From Yuukianura sp. NJ FZ-2021 (lineage: Eukaryota), in contig CM102290.1 of assembly GCA_046563655.1 (NCBI GenBank), forward strand, positions 930,001-994,000: a DNA stretch of 64,000 nt, read 5' to 3'. Each line of letters opens with the position of its first letter. Within the stretch, counting starts at the first letter, position 1. Below, piece after piece: positions 1 to 12,402 of the stretch. Both the position numbers and the translations under genes were made by a program. Below the pieces are notes generated by a model that searched no databases, was not told the origin of the DNA, and was given only the letters and a program-made list of their open reading frames with translations.

Positions 1-669
1 GATGCCACTTCTGCCCTTGAGACCACTGGAAGCATGACCAGCAACTCCACTAGCAGCGCAACGTCCAGCACGGTAATTTTGTCCAAAAAATGCTTTGCTA
101 CTAGCGTTGGAGCAACGTTCGACGCCAGCGCTGCTGGGGCGGGTTGGTCCAGCTCAATTGTTGGAAAAGGCAAGGGCGGAGTTTACACTCACGTTCTGTT
201 TGCTACTGAAAATGGAACTTCTGTCGCATGGAACTTTGCTAAGATCATATTGAAGACGCATCTGGAGATTCATGCTGGCAATACAACCATTGGTGGAACT
301 CAGTACATTACGGTCAAGAGCTTTACTGAAACCATTACGCGTCCGGAAACATCTTCTGGCTCAAATGCTGACACTAAGCTGGATATATCCAATGAAATCA
401 AAATCCGCGTCGGCGCCGAAACGGTATTGGACAACGGAGTCAAGATCTACTCCACTGGGGGCCAGTTGCTTTTCAGAAGTTCGAAGGTAACCGTTCCTTC
501 AGCAGTGCCGTTGAGCGGTGACGATGAGGCTATCACTGACATGGATGGAGACGAGACTGAGGCTGCGCATGTCATGGTTGCAAATGTCTTAAGGAAGCAA
601 GCTCAGGCTGATGACCTCCTCCTCAACCCCGTCTTTGTCAACTCTGTTGTCGCAGCGGCTTTCAACTAA
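1..669 (+). CDS. 3' part of an unidentified protein (Ser/Thr/Gly-rich, beta-strand-like), open from the window edge
   Basis: Frame open from base 1 to TAA at 667-669. Noticeably more GC-rich than the flanks. Followed by an AT-rich tail with AATAAA near 831. No motif recognised. Confidence 0.6.
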   Translation, partial: DATSALETTGSMTSNSTSSATSSTVILSKKCFATSVGATFDASAAGAGWSSSIVGKGKGGVYTHVLFATENGTSVAWNFAKIILKTHLEIHAGNTTIGGTQYITVKSFTETITRPETSSGSNADTKLDISNEIKIRVGAETVLDNGVKIYSTGGQLLFRSSKVTVPSAVPLSGDDEAITDMDGDETEAAHVMVANVLRKQAQADDLLLNPVFVNSVVAAAFN

Positions 670-977
670 ACGTTTCAACCAAAATCAGTCATGTCTTTTA
701 AAATTAGTTTTCAGCCTTAAAATTTGTTTTACGGTGTTGTTCTGGACTAATTTTGATCTACAGTTTCTTTCTGTTTCTTTTGAAAATCTTTTTAAATTGA
801 AAGATTAGGTATTCCTACTGATTCATTCAAAATAAACCTTTGTGCGAAATCTAATTCAATGTGAATTTAAAAGGAGAATAAGGCACTGAACTTTAATTAT
901 AGCTGATATTTCAATACAAAACGATTATCTCGATTAAAAAGCCGGAGATGATTTACCTAGAGTTATAGCGGTCAGTA

Positions 978-2168
978 CTAGAATTTATCCGGCCGCTTTC
1001 GGCCAGTAAACTTGTTGTCCTGGCGTGTCTCTTTGCCTTGACGTCGACGTCTCTCCTTCTTACCGATAATCCATTCTCTTACGGACTTAACTTGTGACCG
1101 GGACTTCTTGCTGGAATCATTCTTAGATTTTCTGTCTGTCATAGTAATTGTATCCGTTTGTTGATGAGTCAAAGGTTGTGGTAAAACTGGATTCCCTGTA
1201 GTACCAGCCATGAGAACGAGGTAGTATTTTTTAGCTTTGGTTGACTCAGGATAATCGATCACTACTCCGCCATCAAATCCGGCTCTTCGTGCTTGTGATG
1301 TAATAAGGTTCAGCTGTCCCTCGTCTGATGGATAGAATTGAAACACTGCCCGGCTTCCAGTTTTCTATAAATAATTATTCAAATACAGAAAATTATTTCG
1401 GATACATTCATTTGCGAAGTGTAGATCTTAGCAAGTATGATGCTTACCAGTACGGCGTACATAGTTGTAAAAAACTGATACAACCTTTTAACAGGATTGT
1501 GGGAAGACTTGTCTGCATTACAAAGCCATTGCAGTGCACTGATGCTGATGGCGCCATCGAAACTTCCAGGCCGAAATGGGAGACCCTTCCCCATGTCACC
1601 CAAAATGAGGTCTCCACTTACTTCACGCTCCTTTGCAATTTCTAAAAAACAACCACAGTTTATCAAATATGCGGACTATGATTTGCAAAGAATCGACAAC
1701 TTACCCAACATGGCACTGGATATATCAATCCCAATCCAGTGATGCCCTGCTTCATCCAATGCCTCGCCAGACAATCCTGACCCACATCCTATATCAAGAA
1801 GAAGTTGTGGTTCGTCATCCGCTAGTTCAAGAAGTTCAATTGCTCTTTCCGACATTTCCCCTTGGATTTCCATGATCCTCGAGCTGTGAACGTAAAGTTT
1901 GAAAGTTACATTGCCGTATTAATCTCTCTAAGAATATACTGTAATGATTCTTTTATAGATGGTGCTTTAGATTTGGGAATTCTTACTTCTGAGAGTACTT
2001 CCTTGCCTCATCACTGTTGTAGAACTGAAATTACACAAAATATTCAGATTTATTTATCGATGTAAAATTCAGACACTGGAACTTGGAACATCGGATCGCT
2101 TATTTTTGCTCGGGTCTTACGATTTCAGGAGGCGCAGTTAACTCCGGTCGTTTACCGTGTGAGGACAT
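978..2168 (-). CDS. BUD23: 18S rRNA (guanine-N7) methyltransferase BUD23/WBSCR22, 5 exons
   Basis: Exons 2121-2168 ([16 protein letters not shown]), 1987-2024 ([13 protein letters not shown]), 1705-1883 ([16 protein letters not shown] motif), 1448-1641 ([29 protein letters not shown]), 978-1364 (AVFQFYP...[11 protein letters not shown]...TGRKR). All introns GT-AG. Confidence 0.96.
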
Positions 2169-2943
2169 TGTTGTCGCTTTCTTAATGCAAATCAGATTCC
2201 AAAGAATAAATTACGTCAATTAACGAACAATTAAACTTACAAAAGACTGCGATGCCTTCAAATAGCTAAAGCACGTGTAGCCTCTGTCGCTCTCGCTGCT
2301 GTAATAACATGTGGACTAGTGGAATAAAAAATTCTGAATCGAGTACTGCAAAACCCTCACCGTTCCCTCTCCAGATTAGTATTTTTCCACAGATTCCGTA
2401 ATTTTTAACACTTTTTAACTTATAGTAAACTAAAATTAATTGTGAATTAACTGTAGCTACAATATTGTTTATGCCACATATTTTGGATTTGTTTGAAGCA
2501 GTAAAAAACGGACAGTTAATTTAATTGACATCAAATGTCCAATTCTGTTGCACTCACGAGTTTGGGTGTGACGAGATAGACGAGGGTGCGTCAGAATGAC
2601 ATGCAAAAAATAGTAAGTTCAATAATACGGGAAACGGGAATACACTATAAACAAGTCATTCCTCATTCTAATCTTTCATTTTGGTTTCATTTTGCTCGAG
2701 TAGTTAACAACGTTCTTAATTAGTTTACGTAAGTGTCACTGTCTCAATTCGGAAGAAATTGGAACGGATCTTCTCCTCCTTGTAAGTAAATGAGATAGAC
2801 TGCTTCTCACAAATTGAGATTGAAAATTTTTGAAGCAATTTTGCTTTTGATTTTGACTCAATTCGATTTAAAAAAATTCATAATAAACCCATTTGTATTA
2901 TTACACAGTTTGGTCCAGGGGCTTTAACTGGAAGGAAGGAATC

Positions 2944-4218
2944 ATGGTAAGTCCTTTTTCGTAGCTGTCAATTGACTTCTATTTTAGTATGATGTACTAA
3001 ATTTTTGTTTTAAATTATTTTTTTTTGTATAGTTTCCCTTTGGAATGTTTATGCCTGATGCCAGTATGGCAACCCCGTTCAACGTTTCATATCAAGCATA
3101 TTCAATCTCAATGATGCCTAACGCCGAAGACAAACTGCGACGGGGAGACGTGGATAATGGAGGCAAAAGTGAGGACGCAGATTCATTCAGCATTTGTAAA
3201 AACCTTTCTAGATGGGACAGACATTTCTAAACTCTGGGCATTCTCTGTTTCAGTATTTCTGCCTGCATCGGCTCTTCAACATCTAACTCGCCTCAACACA
3301 GTATATCCTATGCTGTTCAAATTGACGAATCAAAGGACAGGCAGAGAAACTCACTGTGGTGTTCTGGAGTTCGAAGCTGATGAGGGGAATTGCTATCTTC
3401 CATATTGGGTACGTATAGACATTCATTTCTTCATACTAATACTAAACAAGATTTGTCCATTGAATCTACAAGACGTGCTGATTAATAAGTGTACTTTTCT
3501 AGATGATGCGAAACCTGCTGGCTGAAGAAGGAACGCCAATACAAGTTGAAAGTGCGTCCCTTCCAGTTGCAACGTTTGCACTGTTTCAGCCTCAAACATC
3601 TGAATTTCAAGAAATCACAGATCAGAGAGCAATGTTGGAACAAGCCCTACGGAACTTTGCATGCTTAACCGTCGGTGACATGATCGGGATTCGATACAAT
3701 GAAAAGCTTTACGAACTTCTTGTTATGGAGACTAGGCCAGCTCCTGCTGTCACTGTAATTGAGTGTGACTTGCACGTATGTGGTCATCTTAACTTTTCAA
3801 CATTGTTTATAACATTCAAATATTCTAAAACTATATATCTCCAATGTCATTATTAGACTGACTTTGCTCCACCAGCCGACTATGTTCCACCGGTACCAAA
3901 GGCAGAAGAAGACGGTGTACTGAACGGCTCTCACGATGGCGCAGTGGACGTCAATGTTTTTGTCCCTTTTGTTGGGATAGGCAATCGGTAATTTTAATTT
4001 TAGTAAACACAGTGCAATTTTGTCATTTTGCTACAAAAGTAATGCAATTTTTTTTTAGTTTGGACGGTAAAACCGTTTCGTACACTCCGATGTTACAACC
4101 AGACTCGACCGCTACAGGAACCGTTCGCCGAGGGATTCCTGACTATGAGTACGAACCTGGAACGCTGACTTTTGCACGTAACTTTAGAGCCGCTAACTTG
4201 ACTGAGGTAACCAAGTAG
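2944..4218 (+). CDS. UFD1: Ubiquitin fusion degradation protein 1 (p97/Cdc48 cofactor), apparently with a short C-terminus
   Basis: ATG-only first coding exon 2944-2946, then exons ~3033-3168 (GGK), 3254-3408 (YPMLFKL..THCGVLEFEADEG.CYLPYW), 3503-3775 (LRNFACLTVGD), 3857-3987 (FVPFVGIGNR), 4059-4218 (LDGK..GIPDYEYEPGTLTFARN). Confidence 0.93.
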
Positions 4219-4323
4219 ACAACGCATTTTAGGTTGTAGGGAATGCATAGTTATATTTGTTTGTTTTACACGCACTGTAAACCTTTTTGTATAACATTTG
4301 ACTTTAAATAATAATCAATCACT

Positions 4324-7300
4324 CTAGTAAGAATCATAGTAGGATGACGTGGGGCATGATGAGTAGTATTCAACAGTACGCTGACATGCTTGCTTACGGT
4401 CTTCTGCCAAGTCAAGCAGAATCTCGACAACATCTTGCAGGGACTGAGGTTGACCTTCGAACGACGGAGAAGGTGGCGCCGGTCGACCTTGTCTGCCTTC
4501 TTCGTTGTATGAGACGAGCGCTTGAATTTCCTGATGAAACTTTCTGTCGAGCATGAATTTCTGAAAAAAAATGAATATTCCGATTGTGAACCACATTTTT
4601 TTTCTGGCTAAAAACTTCTTTCCATATTCTTTTTTTACGATGAAGCGTCGAAACAGAATCGCTTTGAAGAGGGGTATGTCCTCCTGCTTTAATCCAAAAA
4701 CGTCAATCAGAGTATCCGATTGTGTCCATTTCTCCATAGAACGTTTCTTTTTTCGAAGTACCTGCACAACAGAACACTTGAAAATATTAGACTCTATTAT
4801 GTTTTTATTCGATTGTGAACATTCCACCTCCGCCTCTCACAAGCACAGTTTAAACAAACGGTTTTTGTGTTTAGTAAGCTTTAGGATTCGATTGATTTAA
4901 TTGTCGACGATGAGAGTGGAATTACCCAGGAATGACGCGCTTGTAGAACAATCGGACTGATCTTCGTAGATCCGCACATTTTGAACGGAAATAAATATTC
5001 ACGAAGCGCTTTCCCCTCAAGGCGACTCCACTGATGTTCGGCAGTACAGTGTAGTCCGTTATAAGCTTTGTGAAAAAGAGACAAAGGATTAATACAGGTT
5101 CAATAAAGGATCAATACCGATTTGGAAGTTTTAAAACAGTGAGTTGGAGTTACTAATTCCTCGAACACTGTCCCATTGAGAAACAACTGGGCTCATCTTG
5201 GTCAACCACATGTCCATTCTAAGGCGTGGATAGCATGACGTATAAGGCCCGAAGAAGAGCTGCGAACTACCAATACCAGCGATGATGGGATCACAGGCCG
5301 TGTGAACTTGAAATGTGGACAAGACCGTTTCACTAAAAGCAAACAGAAACTAATTAGTACGTCGCCATAGAAATTTTTTGACTTTTTAAAGAATTTTTGG
5401 GAATTTTTTAAGTATAAATTAGTTTTTAATGTTACTTCATTATTATTTGTCGTGCAAGACCAGTCAACCGTATTCCTTTGCATCCAGTGAGACGAAGAAC
5501 TCCGGCAACACAACCCAGATATATCGTACAATTTCTGCACCATTCGATGGCCACACATGAGAAGGATCCACACAAGTAGATGAACGAAGACTGGCACTTG
5601 GACACTAGAATGTCAGCATGAATTTGAATGTCATCCAGCATCAACACTTGGTTAGTCACCCCACGAATCGTGTACCACCTTCTCAAAGGAGATTATAATC
5701 AATTTTTCAGCAGTATATCATAAGTTCTACTTAACTTAGGGAATTTATTCTTGGACTTACAAACTTGGACTGTTGTTGTAGTTGCGCATGATCCGGTTCT
5801 CACGCCTTATATGAATATCGCACTCGTCATCTATAATCCCGGTTACCAACGGTGAAATGGGTTTCTTGAGAAATCCATAGTTTACTCCCCAAGGATTCAG
5901 ACGAAGCGAACGTTTGATCCAGCGAATGAAGAGCTGACGATCCACCGAGTGAGACAACCTGTCATAACCAGCGATCCCCCACTTCATCAGCACTTCCTTG
6001 AGAGGGATAGTTTCTTGCCTGAAAGATAGTCAGGATTAAACACACCCGAGAATTCAAAATACATTTTCAATTAGTTAAATTAGTTACAATTTAGAACTTC
6101 TGGCAACGGAAAGAATCAAGTCAAAGGTATCCACAATTTCCAACTTAAGTCTCGGACTACCACGATCAGGATCATACTAACAATACAAATGAAACTGAAA
6201 GTTAGGCGAATCACGACATTCCGAATCTGGATATGAATCCAATCGCTTACACTCTCTAAAATATTCAGCATGAACGCAATATGTCTGGAGACGAATTTGA
6301 GTTGTAGCTGCTCGTCAATAATCTTTTTTTCTTCTCGTTCTATTCCAGCAACATCAAACCTAACGAATAAAAAATCAGAAATTCATAGTTTTATAAAAAA
6401 AAAAATACATTCAAAAAACAACTAAAGAATGATGAAAAGTTGAGTGAATGTTGCTCAAAGCTTACTCGTCGTCGCTGCTCTCGGAATCTCTTTCAGCCAA
6501 AAGTTGGCGAAGTAGTGACGACGCAGTATCTTGCAGAAGCGGCATGTTAGGTCCGTACTTGCACATAAGGCGATAAGCATGTTGCAGGAACAGAAACAAG
6601 ACGAATTTCATTGTTGGCACTTTAAACTCATCTCTGTGGTCATCTGAAGAGAAATATCGATATCGTTCTCCGTTAACTCTCGAAAACGAACTTCTTATGG
6701 TTATGTAGTAGTTTAATCGTAAGGTTGATCCAGTTCAGATTTACATTTCTTTGATTTGAGCTTATTGCAGCGCGTATCCCATTCTCCATTTTCGCTTGAA
6801 TCCCCTTCGATGCGATCCATTTGTTGGAAGAGAATGTTGTACAGTCGAATGTAAGTCCAACCAACATGGTAGCTGAGACGAAGCTTGCACTTGCAAATGT
6901 GATACCATGCTGCAAGCGGTAATGTGTCGAGCCATCCCTTTCTGCGACAGTAACCCAAAACCTTGACAAGTATCTACATACAAAATACGGCCAAACATAC
7001 TTCACTTAAACAAAATATTCTATTCGTAAAATGTTCTTACAGGCACCGAAATTTGGTCGGAAGGATAAATCGGCAGAGTTCCAAATTCAAATGGTTTGTC
7101 GATAACCCAAACGATGATGGGGTCCGCGGCATCTATAAACCAGAGTGAACATGTTTTAAACGGATGGAAAGTAAATTGTTTAAACGACCTTAGTGACATA
7201 ACACTTACTAACCCTCACTATCCGTGTCCGTGTCCTCAGCTGTAGTACTCCAAAAGTTCTCTCCGAACGACGTGTCGCCTGAAGCATAACAAGCTGTTTC

Positions 7301-7417
7301 GGAAAATGATTCTTCGCTTGAAGATGGCTTCGGCAGATAGACACGGCGGGTTGGCCGCGGAAGACGAGCAGGGTTCCCCATCATCTCGGCTGTTTTCGCG
7401 GATCGTCGTCTGTCCAT
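4324..7417 (-). CDS. TBCCD1: TBCC domain-containing protein 1 (centrosome/cilia), multi-exon
   Basis: Spliced segments IIVWVIDKPFEFGTLP, AWYHICKCKLRL, VPTMKFVLFLFLQ and the TBCC beta-helix CQSSFIYLCGSFSCVAIEWCRNCTIYLG..FFGPYTSCYPRL resemble recalled TBCCD1 motifs (LLWVKAEPF..WRHIACGKLQL..DTLQFLLFLYIQ..CNESFIYL). Some internal boundaries are approximate. Confidence 0.85.
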
Positions 7418-7856
7418 TGTCTTTTTTTTTAAGTTTTCGGTAAGTTATATTACAGACTTAACGATACTTGAGTAATCCTACTTTTATTATTAACTAAGAC
7501 TAACGAAATCAGTGCGCTGAAAACCGTTGCCGCTGCTATGCTGTATGAATATGTCTAAACTTCCAATATTAAACAAAGCTAGAATGCAAACAATAAGCTG
7601 AAGGAGAGTATTCCTTTGTTCCCTTAGCAAATGGAAGTATCTCGCAGTTTACTTTCAATGGCTTCATGATAGATAATATGCTCAATTTACACTATGTTTA
7701 CAATAGTAATTGTAAAAATATATTTTAGAATAATTCTAATTATTATTAAAAATGTTGATGCGAACTGTGTTAGTCCCATAGACGCAAATGCCGGTGTCCT
7801 GTTGGCAATTTTAAGCCAGAAAATTTAAAAATGTGTTGCTTACATTTCATTTGTTT

Positions 7857-10519
7857 TCATAATTGCAATGGTTTCCATTTAGTCTTCCCTTTGCGAGGCT
7901 TCTGCGCAGCCTTGGAAGCGGTTTCTGGAGTGAATAATGATGCTTCATTCGGTATCCGACGCTGAGACTCCGTGCCAGCGTTGGTATTTCTAGCTTGCGA
8001 CGACCACGAAGTCGAAGTTGAGAAATTTCCATCCTTATCTTCTTTGAATTGATAAAGTTGTTGCGATTCCGATGATCGCATAAAATTCTTGGCAGCATAA
8101 GATGAGAGAAGCGGCAAGGTGAAGTTGGAGGGAATTCCCGAGTATCCCGAGTTTCCTGTCGAATGTGAAGAACCAGCGACAAACACAGTTGAAGGAATCT
8201 GACATTCCTTACTGCTGTTCCCAGGATATGTTCCCTTGCCAATTGGAGTAATGAGATTATTTGACTGATTGAAAACCCAACTAAGATATTCCATTGGTGA
8301 TCTTCCTTCAGTATTCGTGTTAGTTGGTGACATTATATTTGACCTTGACGGACAGCAAGACGTATGTGTCAGAAGGTTGCTAACCGCTCGTACTTCATTC
8401 TCCGGAATTATATTAAGCAAGTCTGTATTCCTGGGAAATGGGTTCCAGCCTATTCCCATTCCGTTGGATATAAGTTCCTTTGATAAGTTAACGTAGTGTC
8501 CATCTACGCATACGTTCAGCTCAACCACGTTAGGTACAGTCTCAAATACTCCGTCATCTGGGTATGACCTAAAATTATAATAAATCTTAATTGCTTTAAG
8601 GCGTTAATAGTTCAACGCTTGAAAACGAATTCTCAGACTACATACTTCAAAGCATAAATTAAAAGCAATGCAACCAAAAACTTCCTTACGGCTTGATTAA
8701 TTGAAAGATGCAAACCTTTCCATAAACGAAATCGGAAAAAAGACTTTGCGCTCTTCGACTCCATCGATGGGAAACAGGGCTAACTCCATTCAAACTGCAA
8801 CGATATCCCTGCAAGTTTTTAGACGTTTTTCAGGGTTCACAGTTAACGCTACTAGGAAAAAAACAAACTTGAAATAAAATTTTACCAGCGGTGGATAGCG
8901 CAAAAGCTTTCGTGGAAGCAGTGAAAGTTGATTGAAGTCAGCTTCAATTGACGTTCCGAAATCGACAAGAGAGAGGGATACAGTATTGGACTCTCCAAGA
9001 ACTTCGTCGTCATGGACAACAGCTCGAAACCATTCCTTTCTACTTTTCTCGCCAATAGTAGGCAAATGTACAGCAACCACTTGATTAGTATTCACACATG
9101 CGACATTTTTAGGTAAACTTCGAATCCGATCAAATTGACGGAAGTCTTCAAACAGTCGAAGCAGGTTAGCCACTCCGGCATTTGGGACTAAACCAGAAAT
9201 ATTTTTTGTAGAAATGGCTGCTTCGTTAACATTTCATAAAGCTTACTCCTTTCGCCACATTCTTGTCCGTTTCTAAGTTCCCATCCATAGGTTTCTGCAA
9301 TATTAACAATATCACCTTACGCATTGAGTTTCGAGTTTTAATGAAAGGACCTGCCCGGCATGGTTATCTTATTTTGACGTCGTCAAACGCTCAGACTTTG
9401 ATGTGTTAATGATACCTTCCCGCTCTTCTCCAGCGTATTTAAGCTGACACAAACAGATCCAATCCGAAAATGGAACGATGCAAAAGTCCCATGGGTCAGT
9501 AATGGCCACGACAACCCCAATATTAATCAGACCCGGATCTGCACTTGTTTTGCTTTGTAGTTCGTAAGAAAGAATTATCTCTTCTTGAATCAGTGGTTCG
9601 ACGTACTTTGTACGAGCTAAAATAAAAACCAAGGGCCTCACTCAGATTCTAGTATTCAAAATTCAATACGAAATTGTCGTACAACTGTTTAAACTTAGAT
9701 GTTATTACCATGCAAGTATCTGCACCCCGCACGTCCACACGTATCAAATTTGGAATCATACTTGTAGAATTTACAAGGAGTTTGTTCCCTTGGTAGTCGA
9801 TGACTTCCTGGAATTCCTCCAGAAATGATACCGTATGGGTCACCCTGTCCTCCAAAATTGGTCAATGCATTCAACTCCTTGCTTACATCACCCATAGGAT
9901 CCCAATTGTCATACGGTGTACATTCTGCCGTCGTCGTTTGTTTTGTTCCACTTCCAGCGGCAATTCCTTCTCCAACTGAGGCCGAGGCCGAGGTTTCGGT
10001 TTCTTCCATTGTCGCGTCTTCTTCGCCTATACTAAACAAAAACAAAGCATAGAATTTTATATTTGACTCATTTATCGTTATCGATTTCAACAAACAATAT
10101 GATGACCTTTTTTGACCATCGCATTGCTTGTTGGTTTGTTACTGTACCTCTGACAGAAGATGCGGTCCAATGGTCCAATGTCACATCGGTCAATGTTCCG
10201 TGATTTTGTCTCCGCGAGCTGTAAATTCCGCGGACTTAAAAAATTACCTAAGTCAATCGTTGATAGAATATTCCGTACAATATGCCAATAAATCACAATT
10301 AAAAAACTAATTAAATTAGTTAATTAAATTACCTGATTCCAATGTTTCAATTTTTGTCTTGTTTTTTTTAAGAACTTTTCCCCGCCACCACCGGAAAACA
10401 CATGAAAGACCAAAGACTTTACTTTCCGCTCTTTCGTTGGTGTAAGGTTTAACGGTAGTCGTTGTAACCTGGTAGGCGTGGTCACCTGGTATAAAACGGT
10501 TGACCTCTTGTTGCCACAA
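7857..10519 (-). CDS. CCCH zinc finger + extended Tudor domain protein (Krimper-like); 5' end unresolved
   Basis: CKFYKYDSKFDTCGRAGCRYLH zinc finger (~9709-9775). Extended Tudor: GVVVAITDPWDF..KEWFRAVV..LSLVDFGTS..LLPRKLLRYPPL-GYRCSLNGVSP..WSRRAQSLF. Low-complexity C-terminal exon 7857-8569. Exon phases join consistently. No in-frame ATG found for the upstream exons. Confidence 0.7.
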
Positions 10520-10773
10520 GTATCAACATATGTATATTTTCAGAATCAGGGCATGGGGACCTTTCCAACTATATGTCAGTGGTTTGACCTTTGGGGTCAA
10601 GCGGCGGGCCACACGAATGAAAGGCACGCCTATTCCGTTTCAAGAATCCAAGCCTTTTCGAACGATGCATTACTTGTCGTAGGTACGAGTATTATTCTAT
10701 AATGAGTTGACCTTTGGTTACCCCTGGGGGTCACCGTGTTGGATGCCGCAGCTTAACCTCGAGGGAAAACTTG

Positions 10774-10944
10774 GGTTGGAGAGTAGATCCGCAGTCTGTT
10801 TTTCTTTTAGTTCTTTAAGTTAGGATATCAAATCAGGACACAGTGCACGGGACACTCACCTTCAACACCGTGCACTGTGTCCTGTTTTGATAACCTAACT
10901 CGCTCTAATAAAAGAAAAGCAGACTGCGGATCTACTCTCCAACC
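10774..10944. repeat. 171-bp fold-back (long inverted repeat), MITE-like
   Basis: Outer 25 bp are perfect inverted repeats (GGTTGGAGAGTAGATCCGCAGTCTG). Inner 17 bp are perfect (CAGGACACAGTGCACGG 10834-10850 / 10868-10884). Loop is 17 nt. Confidence 0.85.
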
Positions 10945-12402
10945 GTAAAATTCTTTGTTTCCCCGACGTCGTCTTATGAAAAACAGATTCTTTAACTTTG
11001 ACCCGATTAGAACAGAGTTGACCTAAAATTCTGACTTTTTTTCAGAAATCTTTAATTATATGGAACAACTGCTTAGGTTGGGAGCACCTATTTTCATAAG
11101 AAAACATTTTCCCATGTGTACTAGCTTCAGCCTATTGTTGCAATACAAGGACAACGGTTAGTCCTTACGTCAACCAACCTCTGTTCGTTAAAAATTCAGA
11201 GGAAACTCAGCTGATATGGCCACCTAACGTTAATGTTGACATCCAGGAGCCGAGAGCTGTGCCTCCTGGTTAGATTAGGCAATAGCTTAATCTACTCCTA
11301 AGCAAAAGAAAAACCGGGTTTCATTTGGAGATCATACTCCAAAAAGAGTTTAGATTAAGCTAATTTTTAGTTTAGCTTTAATCCCATTTTCGGTTCAAAT
11401 ACGGAGCGCGGCGGACAGTGTTCCCAATGGGAACTTGCTCCTAAGGGAGACGGCTGTGAGTTCAAAACCTGCAGCAGATATAATTTTTTTTTATTTTGTC
11501 AGAACGTGCCTACTCATATAATATTGCCTTTCAGGGATGGCAAGTGACCCCAACATGTTCAAGTAAGGTCAAAGGTCAAGCCAAATTCGGTTGACCCCTC
11601 CTGACCTCAAATATCAACTGCACAAATGGGTTTCCTTAAGAAAACACTCACAATATGCATACAACAAGACCATGCGGCTGAGGTCAACATGTCATTTTTA
11701 GTTTGAAGTGACATGACCTTTGACCTTAGAGGAATGCCATTAGATCTTACATTGAATTGAACAACGAATTAAAGCTAGCAAGCATTAAAACATTCACTCT
11801 AGATGTCAAGAAGGGTCATTTACAGTTGGCCTGACCTTTGACCTTGCCGAGGTCAAAGGTCAGGTCGCGGGAATATGTATCGGACATGAGAGAGATTGTT
11901 TAGTTAATCGAAACAAGTTTGTTAGATGTCATTTTTCAGGTCAAGGCCATCAAATTTGAAGTAAAACTAACTTTTTTGCATTAACCCAAAAGATAAAACT
12001 GCTCCGGAGTAGTTTTTGTTTCAGCATCAAAATCTGATTAGATTAGGAAGGTGTGATCTCTGAAACTCTTAATCCGTATTAACTTTCTGGGTGATCACGC
12101 CCTAACCAGATTTTTTTGGGTTAGCTGACGATTATCTCAAGATTAGCGATAATCGGAAAAATTCCGATTAGTGGTTTCGGTGTGCTCGTCGTTTTTTCTT
12201 AATCGGGAACTAAATTCCGATTATCTAGGCACAGCTCGCGGCTCCAGCAGAAAGTGAAACCGTCGTCCTCACCTCCAGTTCCAGTTATCAGCTTTAAATT
12301 CTAGTTCTACATAGTGATTAATAGTTTGTCTTTAAACAAAGGCAGTGGGTTGTGATATCCAGAACCAGATACCGTTATTAATTAAAGCTTGGTAATTCTC
12401 AT

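Noticed and set aside
10469..12109. Imperfect inverted match (CTGGTAGGCGTGGTCACC versus 12087-12109) as TIRs of a 1.6-kb transposon
   Set aside because: Only ~20 bp with indels, does not extend, and no target duplication.
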